Positions 20,434 to 30,600 of a DNA stretch of 64,000 bases are shown piece by piece. Source of the stretch: Candidatus Palauibacter poriticola. Its GTDB lineage: Bacteria; Gemmatimonadota; Gemmatimonadetes; Palauibacterales; Palauibacteraceae. Every line of letters starts with the position of its first letter. The stretch's first letter is position 1. The position numbers were made by a program, and so were the translations under genes. The stretch spans positions 20,919 to 84,918 of the forward strand of contig JAAXHJ010000082.1 of NCBI GenBank assembly GCA_012270965.1, read 5' to 3'. The notes beneath the pieces are model-generated. The model worked only from the letters and a program-made list of their open reading frames with translations. It searched no databases and was not told the origin of the DNA.

Positions 20434-20847
20434 TTATCGGGGGTGTCCGGCGGGTCCCTCCGCCTTCGCCACGTCGAGTTCGACCGTCCGCTTGAGGTCC
20501 CGGTTGATGAAAATCGGAAACGTGTACCCACCGTACTTCTGAAGCGTCAGGTTGTTGATGCCCACGACGTGATTGAAGGTGGCCGGCTTCCCCGGCGGGG
20601 CTTGGACGGAGAACTCGCCCGTCACCTTGAACAGCTCCCGCCCGTCCTCGTCCATGCAGCGGATTTCGAGTTCGTGCTGCCGGTCGGTCTCGGACGGCTC
20701 GGCCCGGATCCTCAGGACGAGTTGCATGGACGGGTGGGTCACCGGCATGGCCGCGGCGTAGAGCGTGTCGAAGAGACCCATGAGGTTGAGCTTGCCGTCG
20801 CTCGAGGTATTGGCGGCGTCGGCTAGCGTGGCCAGCACGATTTCCAT
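20434..20847 (-). CDS. Hypothetical 137 aa protein (partner of the zf-TFIIB protein)
   Basis: An ATG preceded by a GGAGGG RBS lies 10 nt after the zinc-ribbon gene stop. No recognised domain was found. Confidence 0.5.
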   Translation of the reverse strand: MEIVLATLADAANTSSDGKLNLMGLFDTLYAAAMPVTHPSMQLVLRIRAEPSETDRQHELEIRCMDEDGRELFKVTGEFSVQAPPGKPATFNHVVGINNLTLQKYGGYTFPIFINRDLKRTVELDVAKAEGPAGHPR

Positions 20848-20857
20848 TAACCCTCCA

Positions 20858-21526
20858 TTAGCCGAAAATGCCGCCGACGATCTCGAGGATCGCCTCGAAT
20901 ACGCTCGCGGCCGCATCGCCGACGGCGTCGATTCCGGCCGGTGCCGCCTCCGCCGCGGCCGCCACGGCGTGGCCGGCGACGTGCGCGCCCGCGAAGACGA
21001 TTTCCGGGGCCCAGAAGAGCGTCTCGAACAGGACATCCGCGCCCGTCTCCGCGGTGCGCGCGACCGCCCCGTCCCCTCTCCGCCGCGCGACGAGCCGGTC
21101 CCGCTCCATCTTCCAGACCGCCTCGAGTTCGTGGTGGTCGAACCACACGCCCTTGCAGCGTTTGCAGACATCGAGCGTCAGCGAGGATTGGCGGACCTGC
21201 AGCATCCGGGTGTCACAGGCGGGACAGTTCAGGCGGGTCTTCGCCCCGCACGCGACGCACTCCGGGGCGTCGCGGTCCACGAACGCACGGCACGCGTGAC
21301 ACTGGGCCCGGTGCCGCTCCTCCCGCGCCGGAATCCGAGCCCACAGCGACTCGGGCCGCTCGGAACGGAGACGCTGCACCTCCCCCAACTCGAACCACAT
21401 GCCGCCGCACCGGGCGCAATGGTCGAGCGTCAGCAGGCCCGAGGCCCCTCCGGACCGGGTCGGTAGAGACGTCTTCTCCATCTTGGCCCCGAGACATACG
21501 GGGCACGGCCAGCGCGTCTCCCTCAC
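20858..21526 (-). CDS. Tandem zf-TFIIB-type zinc-ribbon domain protein
   Basis: There are two copies of C-P-x-C ... C-x2-C-x-G-[VM]-W-F-[DE] ... E-L. The motif instances are 'CPVCLGAKME..CARCGGMWFELGE' and 'CPACDTRML..CKRCKGVWFDHHEL'. Confidence 0.65.
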   Translation of the reverse strand: MRETRWPCPVCLGAKMEKTSLPTRSGGASGLLTLDHCARCGGMWFELGEVQRLRSERPESLWARIPAREERHRAQCHACRAFVDRDAPECVACGAKTRLNCPACDTRMLQVRQSSLTLDVCKRCKGVWFDHHELEAVWKMERDRLVARRRGDGAVARTAETGADVLFETLFWAPEIVFAGAHVAGHAVAAAAEAAPAGIDAVGDAAASVFEAILEIVGGIFG

Positions 21527-21582
21527 GGTTGCGACCCCGACCTCACGGTTGCGACCCCGTCTCTACGATTGGGGCACCGTCC

Positions 21583-22035
21583 TCACGAGTCCAGCAGCCC
21601 CCGCGCGGACTCCTTCTCGGAGAGCCGCCGCACGTCGTGGAAATCGTACACGAGGAGACCGGTGTCCGTGATCTCGAGTTCCGCCATCTCCCGCGCCATC
21701 AGCTCGTTGAGCAACCCCTCCGCCAGATCGGTGGGCACGGCCAGTTCCCCCGCGACTTCGAGCGCCGTCAACCGTCCGCCGTGGCGACCCGCCATCTTCA
21801 GAATCTCGGCCTCGAAGGTGTCCCGGCGGAGTGCCTCCCGCCGCCGTTCGATGCGGCGTCCGGCCCCGAAGTGGTGTGCAAGGAGCAGACCCCCGCCCGC
21901 GGCGGGCAGTCCGGCCGCGATGAAGAGCGCGAAGAGTGTTCTCAGGGCGAAGGGATCGGCGCCCGAGCGAAGGAACCCCCAAACCACGAACAACGCCAGC
22001 GCCAGAAGGGCCAAGCCTCCCGCGAGTTTGCCCAA
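21583..22035 (-). CDS. Hypothetical membrane protein (2 TM + cytoplasmic domain)
   Basis: The TTG start has a GAGG RBS and lies 20 nt after the SSS transporter stop. The N-terminus is hydrophobic ('LALLALALFVVWGF', 'LFALFIAAGL'). Confidence 0.5.
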   Translation of the reverse strand: MGKLAGGLALLALALFVVWGFLRSGADPFALRTLFALFIAAGLPAAGGGLLLAHHFGAGRRIERRREALRRDTFEAEILKMAGRHGGRLTALEVAGELAVPTDLAEGLLNELMAREMAELEITDTGLLVYDFHDVRRLSEKESARGLLDS

Positions 22036-22055
22036 CCGTCAGCCTCGGATTCCGG

Positions 22056-23549
22056 TCACGCGGGATCGCCCTCGTACACGAAGCGTTCGACCGCGCCGTG
22101 GATCCGCGACACGGTCACGTCGCTCGGCGGAAGCGTGAACCGGCTCACCACCCAAGTCACGGCGAAGTTCACCAGCAGCCCCCACACCCCGCCGTGCAGG
22201 CCCAGGGGATGGGGCACGAGGATGAGCGTGACGCAGAGTGTCGCGAGACCCGCGCCGATGCCCGCGATCACGCCGGCCTTCGTCGTCAGGCGCCGGCCCG
22301 GGAAGCAAACCCCGAGGACCGCCGGCATCAGTTGCAACGCCCCGGAACCCGACAGGGCCACGAGTTGCACGAGGAAGTCGAACGTGTTCACGGAGAGGAC
22401 GTACCCGACGGCGAGGAGGGCCACGACGATGCCTCGCCCGATGAGGATGTAGTGGTCTTGGCTCGCGCCGGTGCGGATATAGCGCTGATACACGTCTCGC
22501 GTCAGCACCGTCATGTTCGCGTGCAGCATCGAGTCGAGCGTGGACATCGCCGCCGCCGTCGCACCGGCCAGAATCGCGCCCGTAAGCCAAGCCGGCGCAT
22601 GCGCGAAGAGCATCTCCGGAAAGATCCGGTCCGGAATCGCAATATCCGGCATCACGAGCGCGCCGCCCAGGCCCACGAGCGCCGCCGGCATGAAGAGCGT
22701 CATGAGATAGATCGGCGTCGTCGCGCCCAGCAGCTTGATCGTGCGCGCGGAGACGGCGGTGTAGTACCGGATCAGGAGGTGCGGCTGGAAGATGATGCCG
22801 AAGGACAGCACGACGACCATCCCGAACCACATCCCGGGTGTGAAGAACCCTTCCGGCCCCGGGAGCGTCAGCAGATCGGGACGCTCCGCCGCCACCCGCC
22901 GCCACAACTCGAACGGACCGCCGAACAGTTTGAAGGCGAGCACAAGGGCGCCTGCCCACACGGCGACGTACATCCATATGCCTTGAATGACGTCGGTCCA
23001 GTAGACCGCGCGCAATCCCCCCGCGATGAGATAGCCTGCGGCGACCACGAGCAGGATCAGCGTCCCCAGCTCGAACGAGATCCGGTCGCCGGACGCGACC
23101 GAGAGGATGTAGCCCAGCCCCACCGCTTGGACTTGGATGTAGAGGATCGTGAACAACACGGATACGACGGCGGTCACCACCCGCACCGCGTCGGATTCGT
23201 AGAAGTCCGCCAGCAGGTCGGCCGGGGTGATGTAGCCGAACGTCTTGCCGAGCGCCCAAATGCGGCTGCCGAGCACATAAGTGATCGCCCCGACGAGGAC
23301 CGTCCACGCGCCCGCCGCCCAGAAACCGATCCCGTGCGTGTAGAAGAAGCCGCCCGAGCCGAGGAAGGCGAACGCCGAATGGTACGTGGCGACGACGGTC
23401 AGGTAGAGGACGATGAACCCGGCCTTGCGGCCGTAGAGGAGGAAGTCCTCCAGGTCCACCGACATGCGCCGGTTGGCGATCACCCCCAGCACGATGGTGG
23501 CCACGAGGTAGGTGAAGATGAGACCGGTCGCGACGACCCAGGCTTCCAT
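22056..23549 (-). CDS. Sodium:solute symporter family transporter (SSS)
   Basis: 497 aa protein with about 13 TM segments and SSS-family signatures ('GRKAGFIVLYLT', 'AVYWTDVIQG'). Confidence 0.9.
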   Translation of the reverse strand: MEAWVVATGLIFTYLVATIVLGVIANRRMSVDLEDFLLYGRKAGFIVLYLTVVATYHSAFAFLGSGGFFYTHGIGFWAAGAWTVLVGAITYVLGSRIWALGKTFGYITPADLLADFYESDAVRVVTAVVSVLFTILYIQVQAVGLGYILSVASGDRISFELGTLILLVVAAGYLIAGGLRAVYWTDVIQGIWMYVAVWAGALVLAFKLFGGPFELWRRVAAERPDLLTLPGPEGFFTPGMWFGMVVVLSFGIIFQPHLLIRYYTAVSARTIKLLGATTPIYLMTLFMPAALVGLGGALVMPDIAIPDRIFPEMLFAHAPAWLTGAILAGATAAAMSTLDSMLHANMTVLTRDVYQRYIRTGASQDHYILIGRGIVVALLAVGYVLSVNTFDFLVQLVALSGSGALQLMPAVLGVCFPGRRLTTKAGVIAGIGAGLATLCVTLILVPHPLGLHGGVWGLLVNFAVTWVVSRFTLPPSDVTVSRIHGAVERFVYEGDPA

Positions 23550-23782
23550 CAGAGTCCCCGCCTATGCACGAGGATCAGCACCCCGATGATGAGGAAGTAA
23601 AGGACGAGCAGGTACGCGTAGAGGAAGGGCATGCCGCCGATCCACGGCTCTTCGCGGTTGCCGATCCAGTACACAAGCGGTGGCTGCGTGAACGCGAACA
23701 GAACCAGAAAGAGACCAACGAGTCGGCGGCCCGTCGGCGTTCGCGGCAGGAAGTGCGACCGAAAGCGTGTCATGACCGCCAA
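23549..23782 (-). CDS. DUF3311-like small membrane protein coupled to the SSS transporter
   Basis: 77 aa two-TM protein. Its stop overlaps the transporter start (ATGA). A small-membrane-protein plus SSS arrangement of this kind is well known. Confidence 0.55.
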   Translation of the reverse strand: MAVMTRFRSHFLPRTPTGRRLVGLFLVLFAFTQPPLVYWIGNREEPWIGGMPFLYAYLLVLYFLIIGVLILVHRRGL

Positions 23783-23952
23783 CCTAACCGCCCGCCCGCT
23801 CCAGCGGCCAGCCGTCCGGGGCCTGCGTCAGCGGTCGGCACCAGCGGGCCAGCGCCAGCGGTCGGCGTCGGCGGACGTGAGCTTTGGGGGGGGGGGCGTC
23901 GGTGGGCGTGCGCCTGGGGCGGGCGTCGGCGTTCGAGCGCTTGGGGCCGGCG

Positions 23953-25089
23953 TCAGCGGTCGGCGTCCTCGCCCACGATTGTCACGTCAAAGCGGTCGAG
24001 CACAAGGTCGACCGGGTTCGCGATCGTGAGACGGCCGTCGCCGGCGAAGAGCAGCGCGACCGGCTTGCGGTCGTCCGGGCCTGCGTTCCCGTCACGGTCC
24101 AGATCGCGTGCCACGATGAGGGAGCCGGAATCGCCGCCCTTGCTGAAGTTGCAGCACACCATGATCTGACCGACAAAGCGGCCCACCTGCGACTCGGCCG
24201 ACCCGTAGGTCACGTTGATCGACGCGTTGACCGCTTCCACCTCCCCGACCGTGAGGCGCGTCGTCCGCCCGTACTTTTGGACCTGCAGCCCCGGCTTCGC
24301 CGCCATCGTCGTGCTGCGCGGCGACCCATAGCCCCCCACCGGCGTCTCCGGCAGCACCTCGTCGGTGCGCGCGATCGCCGCATCGATCCGGTTCGACGCG
24401 AAGGGCGACAAGACCACCGGCTCGAACGCCGCCAGCGTGGCGATCGCGTCCCCCGGGTCGGAGCCGCCATCCACGGGGCCCGGTTGTAGGAGGGTATCGC
24501 CCACGCGTCCCTCGCCGCCCGGCACGAACACGTGCCAGTTGCTGAGTGCGTACCGGCGCTCGCCATCGGTCACGACGGCGCCGATCGTGCCCGCCGTGGA
24601 GCGGGTGTGCCCCGTGGACACGCCCATGGGAACCGGCCGGTCGAAGCGCCCCGTGGGTACCGGCCCCCCGTCCGCCGCAACCGGAGCGGCGGGCTCCGGC
24701 GGAAGGATGCGGAACGGGCCGGCCGGCTCGACCGCGACCGGGAAGAGGCCGAGCGCCTCGGGGATGCCTTGAAGACCGGGGGACGCGGCGGGGTCGACGA
24801 AAACCTTGATCGTCGGCATCCCCGCGCCGGTGAGACCGATCCCCACGCCGACCACGCCGGGGAAGGAGAAGAGCATCGACTCGTTGGCGCTCTGCACCTG
24901 CATGGCGGCCGCCAGCAACTCTTGGGCGGAGGAACCGGGGGGAGGCAACGGCGGACGCGTCGGAAGCCGCGGCGGAGGGAGCGTCGGGGGCCGTGTGGGC
25001 CAGGACGTCAGCGTCCAGTGGATGCCGACCCCGACGCATGTGAGGGCCGCAATCGCGATGGCGAGAACCAGGTTCCGGCGCGGCGTCAT
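23953..25089 (-). CDS. Membrane-anchored S1 (chymotrypsin/streptogrisin-like) serine peptidase
   Basis: An N-terminal TM anchor and Pro-rich linker precede the catalytic residues: His in 'LSNWHV' and Ser in 'GDSGSLIV'. Confidence 0.8.
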   Translation of the reverse strand: MTPRRNLVLAIAIAALTCVGVGIHWTLTSWPTRPPTLPPPRLPTRPPLPPPGSSAQELLAAAMQVQSANESMLFSFPGVVGVGIGLTGAGMPTIKVFVDPAASPGLQGIPEALGLFPVAVEPAGPFRILPPEPAAPVAADGGPVPTGRFDRPVPMGVSTGHTRSTAGTIGAVVTDGERRYALSNWHVFVPGGEGRVGDTLLQPGPVDGGSDPGDAIATLAAFEPVVLSPFASNRIDAAIARTDEVLPETPVGGYGSPRSTTMAAKPGLQVQKYGRTTRLTVGEVEAVNASINVTYGSAESQVGRFVGQIMVCCNFSKGGDSGSLIVARDLDRDGNAGPDDRKPVALLFAGDGRLTIANPVDLVLDRFDVTIVGEDADR

Positions 25090-25108
25090 CGCTTGACTCC
25101 TTCGCCCG

Positions 25109-25354
25109 TCACGCGCTGCCCGCCGATGGGCCCGGCGACCCGTTCCCCTGCGCCCGGAAGGGGCCCCCGCCGACCACCCGCACCGGGTGCCCGTCGTAAC
25201 GGTCGGGGATCGATTCCCGGGACGAGGGCCCGGAGAGATAGACCTTCAGGCACGGGTCACCGTTGTCGGCCCCGATGCCCACGGCGGACACGCCCTTGCG
25301 CGAAAGCAGCTTCTCAGCGAGTCGTTGCTGCGCGTCTTCGATCGAGCGTTTCAT
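25109..25354 (-). CDS. Small protein resembling the protease N-terminal (pro-domain-like) segment
   Basis: This 82 aa protein contains 'KGVSAVGIGADNG..LKVYL....IP..YDGHPVRVV'. That parallels 'PGVVGVGIGLTGAGMPTIKVFV....IPEALGLFPVAVE' in the downstream protease. The spacing to the RBS is short. Confidence 0.4.
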   Translation of the reverse strand: MKRSIEDAQQRLAEKLLSRKGVSAVGIGADNGDPCLKVYLSGPSSRESIPDRYDGHPVRVVGGGPFRAQGNGSPGPSAGSA

Positions 25355-25463
25355 GCGCCTCCGTACGGGCGTCCCGTTATCTAGGTGTCGCCGTGGCGGC
25401 CAGACGCCGCCGCGTCCATCGATCTCGGCGCAGCCGTCGCGCCGGCGGCGAGGGAACGCCGCT

Positions 25464-26762
25464 TCACGGCGTCCCCGAGGGTGGCCGGTGCCGGTAGACC
25501 ACTCCACCCCGCATGACGAGTACGACATGCTCAAGCGCGCCGATATCGGCCGTCGGATCACCCGCCACCGCGATCACATCGGCCTCGAACCCCGGCGCGA
25601 GGGTCCCCACCGTCCCCTCGAGTTCGAGCGAAGCCGCCGCCAGGCTCGTGGCCGAGACGATGGCGTCCATCGCGTCCTGTCCGCCCTCGCGCACTCTATA
25701 CACCAGTTCCGTCCAATTGCGCCCGTGCGCTCCGGCCACGGCGTCGGTCCCGAACACGATGTCGAGCCCTTCGACGTCGAGGGCCTCGCGGAAGGCGGCG
25801 AGCGCGGTCGGCACCGCCTCCCGCATCTGACGGAATCCGTCTTCGGTGTAGTTCCCGATGCCGAGGTAGCGGTCCTGGTTCGCAAAGTAATTCTCGAAGA
25901 TCAGGTGCGTGTGGGGATCGTAGTAGAGACCGTGTTCGGCCAACACCTCGAGGGTCTCTCGGTCGAGGAGGGCGCCGTGCTCGATCTGCCGGCACCCGGC
26001 GAGGGCCGAGCGTCGCGCGCTCTCCGGGCCGTGAGCGTGGACCACCGCGCGCAGGCCATGCTCGCGCGCCCGGCCACACGCGGCGTCGAGCTGCTCTTGG
26101 CTCAGCGTGGGCGCGCCGCCGACCCTGATGCTGGCGGACGCGAAGATCTTGATCACGTCCGCCCCCCCCGCCGCCAGCTCGTCCACGCGGGTCCGGATCT
26201 CCTCGGGTCCGCCGCTTCCGGACGTGATGGGCAGGATCGACGTGAGCACCCGCGGTCCCGGCAGCGATCCGCGCGCAATCGCGTCCCGCACCGGCACGTC
26301 CTCCGGCCCGCCCAGGCTCTGCACCGTGGTGACGCCGCTCGCGAGCATGTTCCAAGCGTTCTCGGCCGCATAGAGCACGCGGTCCTCAGCCGTGTCCGTC
26401 GACTCCGCGCCGTGCAGCCGCCCCGTCTCCGCGTCGAAGTGCCAGCCGAGATGGACGTGCGTGTCGATGAGCCCCGGCAGCGCGGTCGCCCCCGGAAGTT
26501 CGTAGACCACGGCGTCCTCCGTGGTCCCCGCCTCGGCGATGGCTTCGATCCGCCCGTCCCGCACCACGAGTTCCCGGCCCGTGAGCACGGCGCCGCGCCC
26601 GTCGAGAATCCGGTCCGCCCGGATCACGATGGCGGCGTCTCGACCGGCGAGGTACGAATCCGAGGCGTCCTGCCCGGCGTCCGTCGCGCACCCGCTCGGA
26701 ATCGGGATCGCGAGGATGGATACGGCGGCCGTGCGGGCCATCGGCGCTCGGCGGCCTCGCAT
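25464..26762 (-). CDS. Amidohydrolase-family metallo-hydrolase lipoprotein
   Basis: The lipoprotein signal is 'MRGRRAPMARTAAVSILAIPIPSGC'. The motifs 'GLIDTHVHLGWHF' and 'VHAHG' indicate a metal-dependent hydrolase fold. Confidence 0.8.
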   Translation of the reverse strand: MRGRRAPMARTAAVSILAIPIPSGCATDAGQDASDSYLAGRDAAIVIRADRILDGRGAVLTGRELVVRDGRIEAIAEAGTTEDAVVYELPGATALPGLIDTHVHLGWHFDAETGRLHGAESTDTAEDRVLYAAENAWNMLASGVTTVQSLGGPEDVPVRDAIARGSLPGPRVLTSILPITSGSGGPEEIRTRVDELAAGGADVIKIFASASIRVGGAPTLSQEQLDAACGRAREHGLRAVVHAHGPESARRSALAGCRQIEHGALLDRETLEVLAEHGLYYDPHTHLIFENYFANQDRYLGIGNYTEDGFRQMREAVPTALAAFREALDVEGLDIVFGTDAVAGAHGRNWTELVYRVREGGQDAMDAIVSATSLAAASLELEGTVGTLAPGFEADVIAVAGDPTADIGALEHVVLVMRGGVVYRHRPPSGTP

Positions 26763-26995
26763 CGAACCAGGGGCACGTGGCGGCATGACATCCTCCCGAG
26801 CGCGAACAGGATCGTGGATTCGGAGTCCCCGGGGCGGCATCGTTGAACACTAGTTGCTCGGGCCCGGCTCAGGTAGGATCACTCGACACCCGCAACCGCC
26901 GCAGCCACGGGCTGCCCGACCTTGAGGCATCGATCCAGACCCCAAGGCGCCCATCCCAAGACCATGAGGCACCCATCCAAAACACCGAGGCATCC

Positions 26996-27529
26996 ATGGT
27001 GAACGTGCTGAACGACGCCGGCCGCCGGTCGCGTCGGCTTTTCCCTGCCCGCCTAGCCGGTTTCGCTCTCGTCATCGCGTCGGCGTCGCCGGTCTCGCCC
27101 CTCGCCGGGCAGGATGACGTCCGGGACGACGTCTCCGCGACGCTCGACGCGCTCCACGAGGCGGCCTCGGAGGCCGACTTCGACCGCTACTTCAGCCTCT
27201 ACGCCCGCGAGGCCGTCTTCCTCGGCACCGACGCGACCGAGCGCTGGACGCGCGAAGAGTTCATGGACTACACGAAGGCCCGCTTCGACGCGGGCACGGG
27301 CTGGACCTACCACATGCTCGAGCGCCACATCGCCATCGCGCCCGGCGGGCGCACCGCCTGGTTCGACGAGCGTCTCGAGAACGCCAACCTCGGCGAGACG
27401 CGCGGCAGCGGCGTGCTCGTGATGGAGGACGGGAATTGGAGGATCGCGCAGTACAACCTCACGATCCCGATTCCCAACGAGATGGCCCGCGAGGTGGCCG
27501 AGCGGATCCGGGCACTGACGGGCGGCTGA
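26996..27529 (+). CDS. Secreted NTF2-like (SnoaL/DUF4440-type) protein
   Basis: A signal peptide is followed by 'DALHEAASEADFDRYFSLYAREAVFLGTDATERWT..' and 'GNWRIAQYNL', which are typical of the NTF2-like fold. Confidence 0.7.
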   Translation: MVNVLNDAGRRSRRLFPARLAGFALVIASASPVSPLAGQDDVRDDVSATLDALHEAASEADFDRYFSLYAREAVFLGTDATERWTREEFMDYTKARFDAGTGWTYHMLERHIAIAPGGRTAWFDERLENANLGETRGSGVLVMEDGNWRIAQYNLTIPIPNEMAREVAERIRALTGG

Positions 27530-27632
27530 AGCGCGCGGCACCGCGGACCCGCCCCAAGCCGGTGAGCGGCTCCCGGCTCCTACCGGCGGGTGGCTCCCGG
27601 CTCCTACCGGCGGCGGGGAGCGCGGCGGGCTC

Positions 27633-30600
27633 CTACCGGCGAACGAGCAGGGCGCCGTCGGCGTCGATCGTGACCTCGAGCGGCGTCGGAGCGTCCAGCG
27701 GCGTGACGGTCTCGGAGCCGTCGGGCCAGCGGACGCGGATGGCGGTCGGTTCCGCCGCGAGTCCCAGCACCTGAACCGGATCGTCCTGCGACCAGTAGCC
27801 TCCGCCGGCCCGTACTTCCCGCAGCGGACCGAGCGCTCCGCCTCCGTACTCAAGGCGAATCGCGGCGCCGATGGCCGCCGGGTTGCCCGGGCCGCCCCGC
27901 AGTCGCACGCGCAGCCCGGGCTTCGCGCCCGTGTTGCGGTACAGCCTCGTCCCGGCTGCGTTCTGGCTGATGAGCACGTCCACGCGGCCGTCTCCATCGT
28001 AGTCCGCGAACGCGGCCCCGCGCTGCTCGCCGTACACCGCGATGCCCGACCGCTGTCCCGGGACCGGCGTCAGCGCCCCGGTGCCGTCGCCCCGCAGCCA
28101 CAGGCCGCGGCCCCCGTCGTTCCGGTCCGCCTCGCCGCGCAGCGCGAACAGGTTCTGGGTCAGGAAGACATCCTCGTGCCCGTCCCCGTCCATGTCGGCC
28201 ACGCCCGCGTGAAAGGCGGGCGCCAACTGCGCCTCGCGCGGCATCTCGAACGCCTCGAACGACCCTCCCCGGTTGATGAACATTGTGTGCGCCAGCGTCG
28301 TCGCCTCGACCGTCGGCAGAAGGTCCGCCGGCTGCTCGAGGATCTCGTTCACGCCCAACTGCCCGTAGTGCTCGAACCCTTGGATGCGGCCGCGAAGAAA
28401 GGGGAGCCCGCCCGCTAGCGTGAGGAGTCCACGCACCGGCACCATCGAGCGCGTGAACTCGTCGTAACGCGCCTCGATCACATCGCGGAAACCGTCGTTA
28501 TCCAGATCGGCATGATAGGCGGTAGCCGGACGTTCGGGACTCGCGGTGAACTGCGAGTTGAGCCCCCGGTTGGATGCGATGAGATCGGGCAGCCCGTCTT
28601 CGTTCAGGTCTCCCGCCGTTACCCCGTTCCACCACCCGGTCCGGGATTTGAGTCCGAAGGCGGCCGTCGCGTCCTCGAATCGTCCGTCCCGATTGAGCAG
28701 GAGCCGAACGGGTCCCCACTCGATGGCGAGCAGAAGATCCGGGTCTCCGTCCGCGTCCACATCGCTGAACACGGCGCCGGACACGAGGCCCGCGTCGGCC
28801 AGGACCGCCGCGTTCGACTCGTCGAGGACGTAGCGTTCGCCCTCGTTGAGAAAGAGGCGGGAGGTCGCCGGAGCCGGATACTGGCCGGGAACCACGCGGC
28901 CGCCCGCGAAGAGATCGACATCGCCGTCCCCGTCGTAGTCGGCCGCGGCAAGAGGGCCGGTGCTCGACTCGGCGGCCGTAAGCACCTGCACCTCCCGGAG
29001 CGCCCTGCCGGGGGCCCTGATCGTCGCCGCGGAGGCCCCGAGCGCCGTCCCGGAGGCCCGGAGCACCGTGGCCGAGGGGGCCGCCCGGTCGGTGCCGTCG
29101 TACGTCGCGGTTCCGACGACCACCGTGGTGCCGGCCCGGCCGGGAGCGATGACGAGGCCCGTCTGGTCGCCCGGGGATGGCGCCGGCCCGGCCACCCCGC
29201 CGCCGCCCGCTCCCCGGTCCGCCGTGAACCCGCCCCCGCCGTCGCCGCGGAAGACCGAAAGGCCGGCGCCGCCCCCGCCGCCGACCAGGGCGTCCGTGTC
29301 TCCGTCACCGTCGATATCGCTCCACGCCACGCCCGGGCCGCCCTGTCCAAGACGCCAAGTGATGAGCGGCTGTTGCGCGAAGTCGTCGAACGCGTTCTCA
29401 CGGTGACGGTGCCCGAGCAGCGCGGACACATCGTCGAACAGGGGCGCGTCCGATGCAGCCGCACGCGCCGCGACCCCGCCGCCGGCTCCCGGTGGAGGCG
29501 CCGCACCGACCACCGCTGCGGCCGCCGCGCCGCCGGCCGCCGCATCCACGCCGCCGCCGGCCGCCGCGCCGCCGGCCGCCGGTTCCCGGATCTCGTAGAT
29601 GCGGTTCGCGCGGACGCCCTCCACCCGGCTCCCCGTCCCGTTCCGCCACACGACTTCGATGGTCATCTCTCCGTCGGCCGCGGCGAAGCTGGCCATCGCT
29701 TCCGAGCCGGAGAGGTACAGACCTCCCGCGACGATCTCCTTCGTCTGCGTCGGCAACTCGCCCCCGGAGAGGCGGACGTGCGCGCCGACGCCCCCGGTAT
29801 TGAGTCCCCGGCCGACGAGGCGCACGGCTACGCGCGGCGCCCGCCCCACGTTCCGGTACACCCCCGCGGGCGCCAGCAGCCGGTTCGTGACAATGTCCAG
29901 ATCCCCGTCGCCGTCGAGATCCGCCGCCGCCATCCCGTGCGTAATGTCCTCGTCCCCCGCGAACCCCCACGCCTCCCCCACCTCCTCGAAGGTCAGGTCT
30001 CCGCGATTGCGGAAGGCGATGTTGGAGAGACGCAGCGGCGGGAAGCCGAGGATCCGCTGCCGCCAGTCCATCGATCCCACCCTCTGCGCCGCGTCCTTGT
30101 CCATCGCGTCGTAGAAGTGCCCCGTCCCCACGAGCAGGTCCTCGAACCCGTCGAGATCGACGTCCACGAACGTGCTCCCCCACGACCAGCCGGACGCGTC
30201 GAGGCCCGCGAGCTGCGCCGCCTCCGTCCAGGTCCCGTCCCCCCGGCTCAGGTAGAGCGTGTTGCGCGGCTTCTGCGGCCGGTTCCGGATCCGTCCCGCG
30301 AAGTGCGGATCGGCAACGCCACCGACGATCTGCTTCATGCGCAGCCGGTGCTCCCGGCTCAGCATCTCCACGACGAAGAAGTCCGTGAACCCGTCCCGGT
30401 CCACGTCCGAAAAGTCCACGCCCATTGACGCGAAGCTCGTGCTCCGCATGGCGAGCGGCGCAAGCATCCGGAAGCGCCCGGCCCCGTCGTTGATCCAGAT
30501 GTGGTCCGGGCTGTGGAAGTCGTTGCAGACGTACAGGTCGGGATCCCCGTCCCCGTCCATGTCCTGGAAGCGGGCCGCGAGTCCCCACTCCAGCGGTTCG

